A DNA stretch of 64,000 nt, from assembly GCA_009914755.4 (NCBI GenBank), contig CP068257.2:6560001-6624000 (forward strand), written 5' to 3'. Positions 14,825 through 27,984 of this stretch are shown piece after piece (within the stretch, counting starts at the first letter, position 1; each line of letters opens with the position of its first letter). The DNA comes from the human T2T-CHM13v2.0 reference genome, Homo sapiens. A program made the translations under genes and the position numbers. The notes below the pieces were generated by a model that worked only from the letters and a program-made list of their open reading frames with translations, was not told the DNA's origin and did no database searches.

Positions 14825-17800
14825 GTGTACATGCCCCTGTGATATTGTTCCTAATATCCAGGTTGGGAGAGGATATTATACTGAATATTGCAGGAAGTGT
14901 CGACCACCCTGAATGTTGCTTTTAATATCCGGGGAGAGAGGGTGATATTACTCCCAATATCATCCTCTCCCCCCACACCCTGCATAGTACAAGCAATATC
15001 AAAGGGGGTCTGTGCAACACGTGCAATATTGGGAGTAATATCCTCCCCCAACATGGATATTAGAAACAGTATCACAAGGGGTTGTACACCACCTGTGATA
15101 TTGGGGAGTACTATCATTTTCTTTCCCCATGGATATGTAGAACAATATCACAAAGGTGGTGTACAACCCCTGCTATATTGGGAGTAATACTGTACTTTCC
15201 CCACCTAGATATTAGGAACAATATCACAGGGGGTTATACACCACTGCAACATTGGGAGTAATATCATCCTTTCCCTCCCTGGATATTAGGAACAATAACT
15301 CATGGGTGTCTACACCCTGTTCCATATTGGGATTAATATTTTCTCCCTTGCTGGACATAAGGAACAATATAACGAGGGGTATACACTCCTTATGATATTG
15401 CCAGTAATATTATAGACTCCCCCCAGGGATATTAGAAAGAGTATCAGAGAGGGGTGTACATCCCCTGCGATATTGGGAATAATATTCTTTCTTTCCCTGG
15501 ATATTAGGAATAATATCACAAAGGGGTTGTATACCCCCTGTGATATTTTAATTAATATCATCTTCCCCACTGAATATTAGGAACAAATTCCCAGGGGGTT
15601 GTACACCACCTGCAATATGGACAGCTATATCATTGTCTCTCCCCCGAATATAAGGAACAATATCACAAGGGGGTTGTACAACCCCTGTGATATTGGGAGT
15701 AACTTTATACCCTTTCCACATGGATATTAGGAACAATATCACAGGGTGGTTGTACACCCACTGCGATATTGGGAGTAATATCATCCTCTACCCCCTGGGT
15801 ATTGTGAACAATATCATGGGGAGGGGGTGTATGCCCTCTGTGATATTGGGAGTAATATCATCCTGTCCCCTCTGGATATTAGGAATGATATCACAGCGGG
15901 GCTGTACCTTTTCTGCACTATTGGGAGTGGTATCACCCTCTCCCCCTATGGATATTAGGAACAATATCACAAAGGGGGTGTAGACATCCTGCGATATTGA
16001 GAGTAATATTGTCCACTCTTCCCCGAGATATTAGGAACAATATCACAGGCGGAGTGTACACCCCCTGCTATTTTACCTGTAATATTATTCTCTCCCAACC
16101 TGGATATTAGGAATAATATAACAGGAGGGGTTTACACCACCTGTGATATTGGGAGTAATATCATTCTCTCCCCCCATGGATATTGAGAACAATATCACAG
16201 GGGCGGTTTACACCTCCTGCGACATTTAGAGTAATATCATCCTTTTCCCCCATGGATATTAGGAACGATATCGCATGGGAAGTGTACACCCCCACCATAT
16301 TGGGAGTAATATTTTCTCCCTTGCTGGACATTAGGAACAATATCACGGGAATGCACACACCCTGCGATATTGCCAGTAATATCGTAGTCTCCTCCCAGGA
16401 TATTAGGAACAATATCACAAGGGGGGTGTACATGCCCTGTGATATTGGAAGTAATATCATCGACTCCCCCCACGGATATTAGTAACAATATCAGAAGGGG
16501 TGTACACCCCTTGCGATATTTATAGTACTATCATCCTATACCCCCTGGATATTAGGAACAATACCACGGGGGGTGTATACCCACTGTGATATTGGGAGTA
16601 ATTTCATCCTCTACCCCTTGGATGTTAGGAGCAGTATCACAAGGGGGGTGTGCACCCTCTGTGATATTAAAAATAATACCATTCTCTCCTTCTCTGGATA
16701 CTAGGAATAATATCACAGTGCTGGTGTGCACCCTTTACACTATTTGGAGCAATATCACCCTCTCCCCAACTTGATATTAGAGACAATATCATGGGGGGTG
16801 GCGTGTAACACCCTGCACTGTTGGGAGTACTATCATCTAGTCTTCCCCTGGATATAAGAAACAGTATCACAGAAGGGGTCTACACCTCCTGAGATTTTGG
16901 GAGTAATATCATCCTCTCCAAATCTGGATATTAAGAACAGTATAATGGGGTGTGGGGAGTAATATGGTGGGAGTAATACAATCCTCCTCCCCACTTGCTA
17001 TTAGGAACAATATCGCAAAACGTGTGTACACCCACTGTGACATTTGGAGTAATATCAACATTTCCCCACCTGGTATCACGGGGAGAGTGTACACTCCTTA
17101 CGATATTGGAAGTATCATTGTCTCTCACTCTCGATATTAGGAAAAATAGCACAGGGTGTGTATACACTTCCTGTGATTTTGGGAAGAACATCATACCCTT
17201 CTGTCTTTGATATTAGGAACAATATCACAGAGGGGGTGTACAACTTCTGTGATATTATAATATTCTTACTTCCCATGGGTATTAGGAATGATATCCCGGG
17301 GGGCTTGTTGTACACCCCCTGTGATACGGACAGTAATATCATTGTCCTTCCCCCTACATATTAGAAACAATATCACAAGGGTGGTATACACCCCCTGGAT
17401 ATTAGAAACTATCACAGGGGGGCTGTACAACCTCTTTGATACTGTGAGTAATACCATTGTCTCCCCTCCTGGGTATTAATAACAATATCATAGGGTGGGT
17501 GTACACTCCCTGCAATATTGGGAATAATATCATCCTCTCTTCCCAGGGATATTAGGAACGTTATCACAGGTGGGGTTTACACCCCCTGCAATTTTGTCAG
17601 TAATATTACTTCTGGATGTTATTGAATATATCACAGTGGGGGTGTACACCCCTGTGATATGGGGAGTAATAGCATCCTCTTTCCCACTGGATACTACAAA
17701 CAATATCGCAGATTGTGTACAACCTCCTGTGATATTGTTCACAATATTTAGGGAAGGAGAGGATGATATTACTCCACATATCGCAGGGAGTGTTACATCC

Positions 17801-18665
17801 CCTGTAATATTGTTCATAATATTTAGAAGATGACAGGATGATATTACTCCAAATATAGTAGGAAGTATACACTCCCCTGTGATACTGTTCATAATTTTTA
17901 GGGGATTAGAGGATGATATTACTTCCAATATCACAGGGAGTGTACACTGGTGATATTGTTTATAATTTTCAGTGGATTAGAAGATATTATCCCGAATATC
18001 ACAGGGGTTGTACACCCCAAGTGATATTGTTAATATCCAGTGGGAAAGAGGATGATATTACTCCCCATATCACGGGGGATGTAAACCCGTTTGTGGTATT
18101 GTCACTTACATCCGGGGGGGAGAGGATGATATTACTCTGCATATCATAGAGGGTGCACACGGCTGTAATGTTGTCCATAATAACATCCAGAGGGGAAGAG
18201 AATATTATTCCCATGTTTCAGAAGGTGTACACACCCCTGTGATAGTCTCTGTAACATTTAGGGAAGAAGGGGATGATACTACTCCAGATATTGCAGGGGG
18301 TGTACATCCCCCTGTGATACTGTTCGTAAAGTTTAGGGGGAAGAGGATGATATTACTCCCCATATCGAAGGGATTGTACATCTCCCTATATATTGTCCAT
18401 AACATGCAGGGCAGGAGAGGATATTACTACTCCCCATATCACAAGGGGGTGGACACCCCCCTCTAAATATGTCTAACATCCAGGCGGGGACAGGAGGATA
18501 TTTTTCCCCATAACCCAGAGAAAGTAAACCTCCTGTGATATTGTCCATAACATCCAGTGGGGAGAGGATGATATCACTCCCCATATTGCAGGGGGTGCAC
18601 ACTCCACTCTGATATTGGCCATAATATCCGGGGGGGTGAAGTATGAAGTCACTACACATATCGCA
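14825..18665. repeat. Tandem satellite array, ~75-bp unit (~50 copies), unit = 60-bp quasi-palindrome + C-rich tail; contains two orientation switches
   Basis: Period measured from recurring ggatattaggaacaatatcac at 15051, 15127, 15207, 15281, 15352, 15427, 15497, 15571, 15647, 15721, 15797, 15873, 15948, 16025… (~75 bp). Unit GGATATTAGGAACAATATCACAGGGGGTGTACACCCCCTGTGATATTGGGAGTAATATCATCCTCTCCCC. Forward orientation ~14962-17723; reverse-complement orientation 14825-14962 and 17723-18665. Confidence 0.9.
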
Positions 18666-18667
18666 GG

Positions 18668-19548
18668 GATTATTAGTATCAGATTGTTTGAAGGGTTCAC
18701 AGTAAGGATAGTAGTAGGGCGAGTTCTAACTCAAATAGGGGAAATGTGATGGCTACTAGAAAGAATTTTATGGAGAAGGGAATGTGGGCAGAGGATAGAG
18801 GGTCAAATCTGCATTCATAAGGGCTAGATTTTTCTATATATATTTATTTTATACATATATATATTTTTCTCTCTCTCTACATATATATATATTAAGTTGT
18901 GGGAGCCAAAATGTAATAATTATTAGTAAAAGGGCTAATAGGGTGTTGATTACTAGGGTTAATGTTAGGTGAATTACTGTTTTTCGGATGCTATCAAAAC
19001 TTTGGAAATCATGGTACTATTTATACTAAAAGAGTAAGTTCCTCATCAATAAATAGAAACATACAAGAATAGTCATACTATATCTACAAAGTGTCGATAT
19101 CAGGCAGCGGCTTCAAAGGCAAAGTGATGACTAGATGTAAAGTGGTATTTTAATTGGCGGAGAAGGCAGACTGAGGAATGTTGATCCAATAATGATGTGA
19201 ATTCTGTGAAAGCCTGTAGCTATAAAAAAATGTTGAGCCATAAATACCATCAGAAATAGCAAAGAGAGCTTTGAAGTATTCTGAGACTTGTAGGAGGGTG
19301 AAGTAAATATCTAATATAATTGTAACAAGTAGTGCTTGGATTGTATGTTTTTGATTATTTTTTTGTTAGGCTGTGATGGGCTCAAGTAATTGAAACTCCT
19401 GATGCAAGTAATACAGATGGATTCAGGAGAGGTACTTCCAGGGGGTCAAGGGGAGAAATACCTGTTGGGGGTCAATGCCCTCCTAATTCTGGAGTAGGGG
19501 CTAGGCTAGAATGGTAGAATGCTCAAAAGAATCCAGCGAAGAGGAATA
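18668..19548 (-). pseudogene. MT-CO3/MT-TG/MT-ND3 (NUMT): NUMT: nuclear copy of mitochondrial DNA spanning MT-CO3 3' part, tRNA-Gly and the 5' ~300 bp of MT-ND3; old (diverged), with an internal (TA)n expansion
   Basis: Reverse complement of 19040-19548 matches COX3 (…ttcgctggattcttttgagcattctaccattctagcctagcccctactccagaattaggagggcattgacccccaacaggtatttc… cf. human …cccctaccccccaattaggagggcactggcccccaacaggcatcacc…; …gctgcctgatatcgacactttgtagatatagtatgactattcttgtatgtttctatttattgatgaggaacttactcttttagtataaatagtacc cf. human …gccgcctgatactggcattttgtagatgtggtttgactatttctgtatgtctccatctattgatgagggtcttactcttttagtataaatagtacc). tRNA-Gly-derived ~18975-19040. ND3-derived 18668-18975 (…taatcaacaccctattagcccttttactaataattattacattttggctcccacaa… cf. 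human ND3 …taatcaacaccctcctagccttactactaataattattacattttgactaccacaac…). Matching is from memory of the human mtDNA sequence. Confidence 0.8.
18826..18895. repeat. (TA)n/(TATATA)-rich microsatellite inside the NUMT ND3 segment
   Basis: ctatatatatttattttatacatatatatatttttctctctctctacatatatatatatt; absent from the corresponding mtDNA position. Confidence 0.8.
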
Positions 19549-19712
19549 TTTCTGAGCCACCATGCCCGGGTAATTTAAAAAATTTTTTTTTCTAGAGATG
19601 GGGGTCTCACTATGTTGCTCTGGCTGATCTCAAATTCCTGGCCTCAAGTGATCTTTCTGCCACAGCTTTTTAAAGTGATGGGATTACAGTCATGAGCCAC
19701 CATGCCTAGTAT
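19548..19712 (-). mobile_element. Alu fragment (right-arm half)
   Basis: gagccaccatgcccgggtaatttaaaaaattttttttt ctagagatgggggtctcactatgttgctctggctgatctcaaattcctggcctcaagtgatc… gtcatgagccaccatgcctag. Confidence 0.7.
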
Positions 19713-20057
19713 AGAGTGTAATATTAATTTCAAAGTCTTATTCCTAGAGCCATGTATTGACTTTGGCCTAAATAACTCAATATGATATCTCGGAAACTTT
19801 TTTTTACATATTGTGGGGAATGATAATGAGGGAAGGGTATTAGACACTTTTTACTAGGAGATAACTTTGTGCCATTTAAGGAGGAACAAAAATAAATTAT
19901 CAGAAAAATAAAAGTAAGATGAAGTACAAAAGTTCTGTGGCAAAGATGATGATAGTAAAGAATATATTTTTATGACTCATGGTAGCTTTAACATTGTTCT
20001 TAAAATTCTGAGTAATTTAAGGGTTCACATTTGAAGAATCTGATGCATTACTGATAA

Positions 20058-20582
<525 letters not shown>

Positions 20583-21045
20583 TAGAAAAAAATGGCATCT
20601 GTTTTTTCTTTTAAATATTTAAATTTCCATTATTATTATGAGAAAATCAATCTTTCAGAGTAATGATTCTCATTATGGAGTCATTTGATGATTAAGACCA
20701 GTTGGCATAGGAAAAAATTGTGATTTAGAAATTATGTGATACTTTTGAATTGGTGTTAAGCTACATTGTTCATTGATCACTTTTTCAAATTATGAATGGA
20801 TTCTATTACTTTTTATATGACCAGATTACATTAATACTAACATAATTATGATTTCAAATTTTTATAAATCAGACTTAATTCTGAATTCAGTTATTAGTTT
20901 TGATATTGCTGAAATATTTTAAGCTTCAGCTTCTTTTTTAACATATTCAGAAATGCTCTTTGAATCACTGACTCAAAATGAAAGGCAACAAACATATAAT
21001 AATTATGTTATTGTTTTAAAAGTGTATTATTTTCCTTTGTTTTAG

Positions 21046-21258
<213 letters not shown>

Positions 21259-22529
21259 TAAGTCAAAACATACACTCAGAGAATGAATTAAGCTCATTAA
21301 TTTGTTTCAAAAGCATAATTATTAGTGAGATGGCTTCAGGATATTAGTAGGAAGTGAATGTTAATTTGACAATGTAATTTTGAAAAACAATGTTAGTAAA
21401 TAATCTTACCTTTTAATGTTAGTCAAAGATAGTTTTTGTCTCTCCTCTCATTTTTTTTGTTTGTTTTTGTATGGCTTTTTCCCCTGAAAAGTCTCATGTA
21501 ATTAAACTGATCTGTTAGTTTTTTTCACTATGTATTTTTGAAGCTTTATAATTAATGAAGTGATCCTGTTATAAAATTACTTGTCAGAATTTCCCTAAAT
21601 AGAAATATTAATGAGTTTAATTTCTTTTTCAGTGTATCACAACCTAAATGAAAAGTGGTACTGCTACTTTGGGCACAATCGTTTTTGATTGTGATCTTTA
21701 GTATTACCATCAGAGGGTGCCTCAAGAAAGACTATTTGTGTAACATATTCAAGATGTTACAGAAAGGCATCCTTGTGAAATAAGGAATAATTATCACAGG
21801 AATTTAAAGAAGGGTAATTCACAAAGCGGTTAAAAAATAACACCTTGTTCAGCCTGAAGGAGTGTGTGGAAGGCAGAAAGAACATGCCCCACCTCCTGGG
21901 CCTTGGTCACAGTGTTGGGGGCTAATTGCCTTCAGAGATGCTTTAGTTCTTTTTGATCACCAACCAGACAATCTAGTTCTCCCCTAGGAGTTGTTGCTCT
22001 GAATTATTCTTCAGTGCCAAATGTTTAATTGGTTCTAGATAATGGGTGAAATGTACAAGGGTGAAATCTAAAACTGGTTTACTAAACACAAGTACTCCTA
22101 GATTTTTTTAATTCATTTTAGTTTTCTTAACCTACATTAAGGAGTACAACATGATGTTTTGATATAATTATTTCTAGTGAAGTGGTTCTTATAATCAAGC
22201 AAATCAACATATTCATTTTCCCACATTATTGCCCTTTAAATACAAGTATTTCTAATGGAATCTTCAGAATCTTACAAGTAGAGCCATTTTAGAAGGCAGC
22301 AAATTTTGCCTGATGAGCCATACACCACTGATAGCCATTTCTCTTCCCTGTCTACTTTGTTTGAACTGCTTGTTCAGTGTAAATCACCTTAGAAACAAAG
22401 GTGCTTCTTTAGAATGATTTTAAAATTATAATTCCTTACAACAGGTATGCTCTTACACATCTTCGGTGTGAAAACACTATTTAGTGGGTAATTTGGTTTA
22501 CTCTCAGGGCAACACTTTAAATGTAATGA

Positions 22530-22844
<315 letters not shown>

Positions 22845-23138
22845 TAGGGTTTCATTTCTCTAGCGTAATTCTTGTTTATAATTTGGTGAAATACTGAGTT
22901 GTTCTGTTGACTTTTGCATGTGAAGTAAAGATCATAATTAGCTGTGTTAACACAGAAAGGAAATGGGAATTTTACATTTTTTAATTCCCTGGAGCCCTCA
23001 TTTTCAAGAGATATACATTTGCTAACTTTATTCAATAAATGTGACTAAACTGACACATTTAAAATGTTTTTAAATCTGCATTTAAGTTAGGTTTTAGAAA
23101 TTACATGTTATTGCCTGATAACTGATGATATACTTTGA

Positions 23139-23490
<352 letters not shown>

Positions 23491-23518
23491 ATGTCACTTT
23501 TAAAGTTTCTTTGCACTG

Positions 23519-23822
23519 GCCAGGTGCTGTGGCTCATGCCTGTAATCCCAGCACTTTGGGAGGCTGAGGCAGATGTATCACGAGGTCAGGAGTTCAAGAT
23601 CAGCCTGGCCAAGATGGTGAAACTCCATCTCTACTAAAAGTACAAAAAAAATTAGTCTGCTGTGGTGGTGGGCACCTGTAATCCCAGCTACTAGGAAGGC
23701 TGAGGCAGAGAATTTCTTGAACCTGGGAGATGGAGGTTGCAGGAGCTGAGATTGCACCACTGCACTCCAGCCTGGGTGACAGGGCAAGATTCCGTCTTGA
23801 AAATAAAAAATTTAAAAAAAAG
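23519..23822 (+). mobile_element. Alu SINE
   Basis: ggccaggtgctgtggctcatgcctgtaatcccagcactttgggaggctgaggcag…, A-rich tail. Confidence 0.9.
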
Positions 23823-23998
23823 TTTATTTGCACCATCTCAATTCTTCCCACCCATAATCACAACTGAATGATTGGCATCCAAACACTTTACCACATATGG
23901 ATGTTTATTATTTAGTAGAATCCAAAATAATTGCATTTTATTAATTAAACAAAACACTAAAATATTCAGTTCCATTTTTATGTTAAAAGCTTTGTGCT

Positions 23999-24300
23999 TG
24001 GCCAGGCACGGTGGCTCACACTTGTAATCCCAAAATTTGGGGAGGCCGAGGCAGGTGAATCACTTGAGGTCAGGAGTTTGAGAACAGCCTGGCCAACATG
24101 ATGAAACCTGTCTCCAGTAAACATACAAAAGTTAGCAAGGGGTGTTGGCAGGCATGTGTAATCTCAGATACTCAGGAGGCTGAGGCAGGAGAATCACTTG
24201 AACCCAGGAGACAGAGGTTGCAGTAAGCCAAGGTCATACCACTGCACTATAGCCTGGGTGATGGAGACTCCATCTCAAAAAAAATAAAAATAAAAAAATA
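23999..24300 (+). mobile_element. Alu SINE
   Basis: ggccaggcacggtggctcacacttgtaatcccaaaatttggggaggccgaggcagg… ending in aaaaaaaataaaaataaaaaaataaaaat. Confidence 0.9.
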
Positions 24301-25440
24301 AAAATGTTTGTGCTTTTCTTACATAAGAGTACATCTTCTGACTGTAAAAATCCTGGAAGAAAACCTAGGAAATTCTCCTCTAGACATCATATTTGTCAAT
24401 TAATTTATGGCTAAGTCCTCAAAAGCAATTGCAAGAATAACAAAAATTGACAAGTGTGATCCAATTTAGCTAAATAGCTTCTGCACAGCATGAGAAATTA
24501 TCACGGGATTAAACAGACAGACTAAAGAATGGAAGAAAATATTCACAAACTATGGATATAGCAAACGCCTATTATCCTATTATCCAGAATCCATAAGAGA
24601 CCTAAACAAATCAACAAGCAAAAAATAAATAACACCATGAAAAATGGGCAAAGGACATGAACAGATAGTTCTCAAAATAACAATTGTAGTGGCCAACAAA
24701 CATTAACAAATGCTTGCCGTTGCTAATTATCATAAAAATGACAAACAAAACATCAGTGAGATACCATTTCACACCAGTCACAATGACTTTTGTTAAAAAA
24801 AATAATAAATAAAAAAATAAAAAAAGATGTTGGGGAGGCTGTGGAGAAAAGTGAACACACACTGTTTGTGGCAAAGTTAATTAATTCAGCTATTCTGGAG
24901 AGCAGTTTGGAAATTAAGAAGTAAGAAAGACTGTTGGATACAGCAACCCCATTACTACACTAGAGGTATACCAGAAGGATAATAAATCATTGTAACAAAA
25001 AGATGCATACACATGTATGTTCACTGCAGCACTATTCACAATAACAAAGACGTGGAGTAAATCCAGGTGCATCCAAGGTACGTTGAAAATCCAAGATAGA
25101 TTGGAAAATTCCATATATACCATGGAATACTATGCAGCCATAAAAAGAACAAAATCACATCGTTTGCAGCAACAAGGATACAGCTGGAATCCACTCTCCT
25201 AAGCAAACCAACACAGAAATAGAAACCAAATATCTCATGTTTTCACTCACGTGGGAGCTACACATTGGGTGCACATTGTCATAAACACGGGAATAATAGA
25301 CACTGGAAAATAAGAACGGGGAGGGACAGAGTGGGCCAGGGTTGAAAAACTACTTCTTGGGTCCTATGCTCACTACCTGTGTGATGAGTTCAATTGTGCT
25401 GCAAACCTCGGCACCCCTAAATATGCCTTTGAAAGAAACC
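24300..25440 (+). mobile_element. Old L1 (L1M/L1P-like) ORF2 C-terminal / 3'-end fragment, sense orientation
   Basis: Sense-strand L1 ORF2-end-like text: …aaatgggcaaaggacatgaacagatagttctcaaaa… cagtgagataccatttcacaccagtcacaatgac… atgttggggaggctgtggagaaaagtgaacacacactg… ccatggaatactatgcagccataaaaagaacaaaatcacatcgtttgcagcaaca… tctcatgttttcactcacgtgggagctac. Confidence 0.6.
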
Positions 25441-25586
25441 TACAGAGGTACCACGTTAATTTAGAATACAAACTAGAAAAAAAAGAGAAAAGTTTACTAT
25501 AAATAGAGAACAGAAATTTCTTTTTAAGATAAAATTTATTGAAGTAAAAAATGGGTTAAACTTTCATAAAGGGCAGAGTTTTCTAA

Positions 25587-25961
<375 letters not shown>

Positions 25962-26230
25962 TAAAATCATGTATATGCAATAGATCAATATTAACTGCAT
26001 TTTTGTCAGATTACTCTAAACAACATTACACATATACATCCTCTGTTATCTAATCTTAAAATAAGTAGAAATTTTACTTTATTTATGTGATTATTTTTCT
26101 ATTTAAGCAAACTTCAAGTTACGTCTAGTCACTAAAAATACTAAAGGCCACATTTTGTAAGTGATGTCTTATTTTTATGATAATGTTTCTTGTTTAACTT
26201 AAACATTATTATTATTTTTACTTATTTTAG

Positions 26231-26276
26231 ATGGAGCCGGACTGTGTAGAACAAATAATTAGAGAAACAAAGAGAA
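26231..26276 (+). pseudogene. Candidate short ANKRD26-family exon
   Basis: cttattttag|atggagccggactgtgtagaacaaataattagagaaacaaagagaa|gtacgt; MEPDCVEQIIRETKR vs ANKRD26 MQQELEKNITRELKE. Short, so moderate support only. Confidence 0.45.
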
Positions 26277-27443
26277 GTACGTTGCCAAAATTTATTAATG
26301 AAATTTAGGTTTATTTTAGAAATAAAGTGTAAAAAGCAAATGGCATTCCTTTTCATTCTTGGGTTAGTAGATACTACATCAATATTTTTTTTCTTACACA
26401 CATCTAATGAAAGATGTGAAAACAGAAACTTTCACAGAGAAGACTGTACTTATACACCATAAATTCATCATGTTCCAAAGCTTAAACAGTTCCCAAGAAG
26501 TCTGTGCATCTCTTTTTCACTGGCTCTACACTTTCTTAAGTTTTGCCATCCTCATGGAACTGTCAGCCAGCACACTGAAACGATTCTCAGAAAACAAAAG
26601 CATCATCAAGTTCTCAGGGTTTCGGTAGAGATTGAAGGCCAACAGACCTAAGACTCATTCAGAAATACTTAGCTGAGCAATAACCCTTCATAAGCAGTCA
26701 CTTGACAGGTGACATTTTAAATCTCCTGTCAATTACTATGTCATTGGCTTACACTTGCTCTCAGGAAAAGTTCCAAATTTTTCACCATGAAATAAAAACA
26801 CCCATATCAAAGTAATTCTCGTCAAGTTACTCAGCCTTGTCTCTCGCCACTTACTGCACTCTGTCCTTTGCTCTAGCACCAAACTGGATGGAGTGGAACT
26901 CTGCAGGGCTCTTCCTCACCTCTGGCTCTTTGCCTTCCCCTCTTCCCTCTATCTGGGAAGCTTTTTCTTGTCCTTCAGGTATCAACCTATGTTATCTCCT
27001 CCACCAGAAAGCCCATGATATTGACATAAAAGTGGGTAGATGTCCCTTCTATGTGTTCCAGTAGTGCCCTGCTGTATACCTGTCATGATATCTTTGACTC
27101 TATATGGACATTGCCTGCCTGTCTGTTTTTTTAGGTTATAGCATATGACTGTTGGGAGGTGGACCATGCCATCTTCATCTTGTAATTCCAGTGCTGGTTC
27201 TAGTACCTTAGCATGTGGCTGTTGATTACATGAATGAAGAATGAAAAACTCTGATATTTAAACACAATTAGAATTAATGCCATGTGTAAATTATTAAATA
27301 GTAATTTTGTATTGTAAATGCACATACATATTTCTCATTCTTATTAACTCTGATAAAGTTATCAACTCTTTAGTTTTTAAACGCACACTTAGTCAACTGA
27401 AGTGTTTTAAGTAAAGAACATAATTCTTTATTTTTCTTTCCAG

Positions 27444-27496
27444 CTGCTGCTGTGTTGGACACTTGCTCCCATCTACTTTCTTCTCTAGAATCCACG
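27444..27496 (+). pseudogene. Candidate ANKRD26-family exon
   Basis: tttttctttccag|ctgctgctgtgttggac…tccacgg|gtaagcc; with carried base gives TAAVLDTCSHLLSSLEST vs ANKRD26 AAAELESGSIASPLGSTDES. Confidence 0.4.
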
Positions 27497-27943
27497 GGTA
27501 AGCCACATCTAACGAAGAGAATATTTAACCATAATGTCTTAAAGAAAAATTGTATGATTTAAAAGATTATAAAACTTTATTACTGGGCTATTTACACATT
27601 TTAGTTGTTTCTCATAAAATGTATAACATTACAATATTTACTGAAGTAGGATATTTTTGTATGATATATATGATGATAATTTATAGGGTATTTTAAATGA
27701 TGTTTTTTAGCATCCTTAAGTTTTAAGTGGATCTTGCAAATGAAAACCAGTATTATTGAGCTTGACATACTCAAATTGCCCAAATGTCAGCTGTTTAAAC
27801 AACCAAGTCATCATTGATACTTTAGTAAAGGTTAGTAAAGGTCATCGAAGGCTTATTTGCATTTTACAGTTTTTATTACTTAGGAGAGTTAAGGAGTACC
27901 TGCCAGGTTTGTCCATGCTAATGTTATGATTTTCTTTTTGTAG

Positions 27944-27984
27944 TTCAACCGTATTTTGTATGGAGATACTTTGAGGCTCTGTAA
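27944..27984 (+). pseudogene. Possible terminal exon fragment of the ANKRD26-family pseudogene (ends at TAA 27982-27984)
   Basis: ttctttttgtag|ttcaaccgtattttgtatggagatactttgaggctctgtaa; (V)QPYFVWRYFEAL* weakly resembles ANKRD26 C-terminus …QDLVWKASREYVQVLKKNYMI*. Confidence 0.25.

Larger units (their letters stand above)
12790..14830 (-). mobile_element. LINE-1 3' portion (ORF2 C-terminal region plus 3' end) on the minus strand, carrying two internal insertions, truncated by the satellite at ~14830
   Basis: Plus-strand text is the antisense of L1: ggttcagcgggtacatgtgcaggtttattatacggg…cccacttataagtgagaacatgcagtgtttg…tttgggtatatacccaataatgggattgctgggttgaatggtag…ccacaatggctgaacaaatttacattcc [insert] caccaccagcagtgtataagcattccc…ccattctgaccggtgtgatatggtatctcatgg… gttgatagtttcttttgctgtgctgaagctctttagtttcattagg. 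Confidence 0.75.

Noticed and set aside
14825-18665. Regular 75-bp palindromic repeats that superficially resemble a CRISPR array
   Set aside because: Repeats are directly contiguous with no unique spacers. The flanks are L1 and NUMT, and the context is primate nuclear DNA, so this is a eukaryotic satellite.
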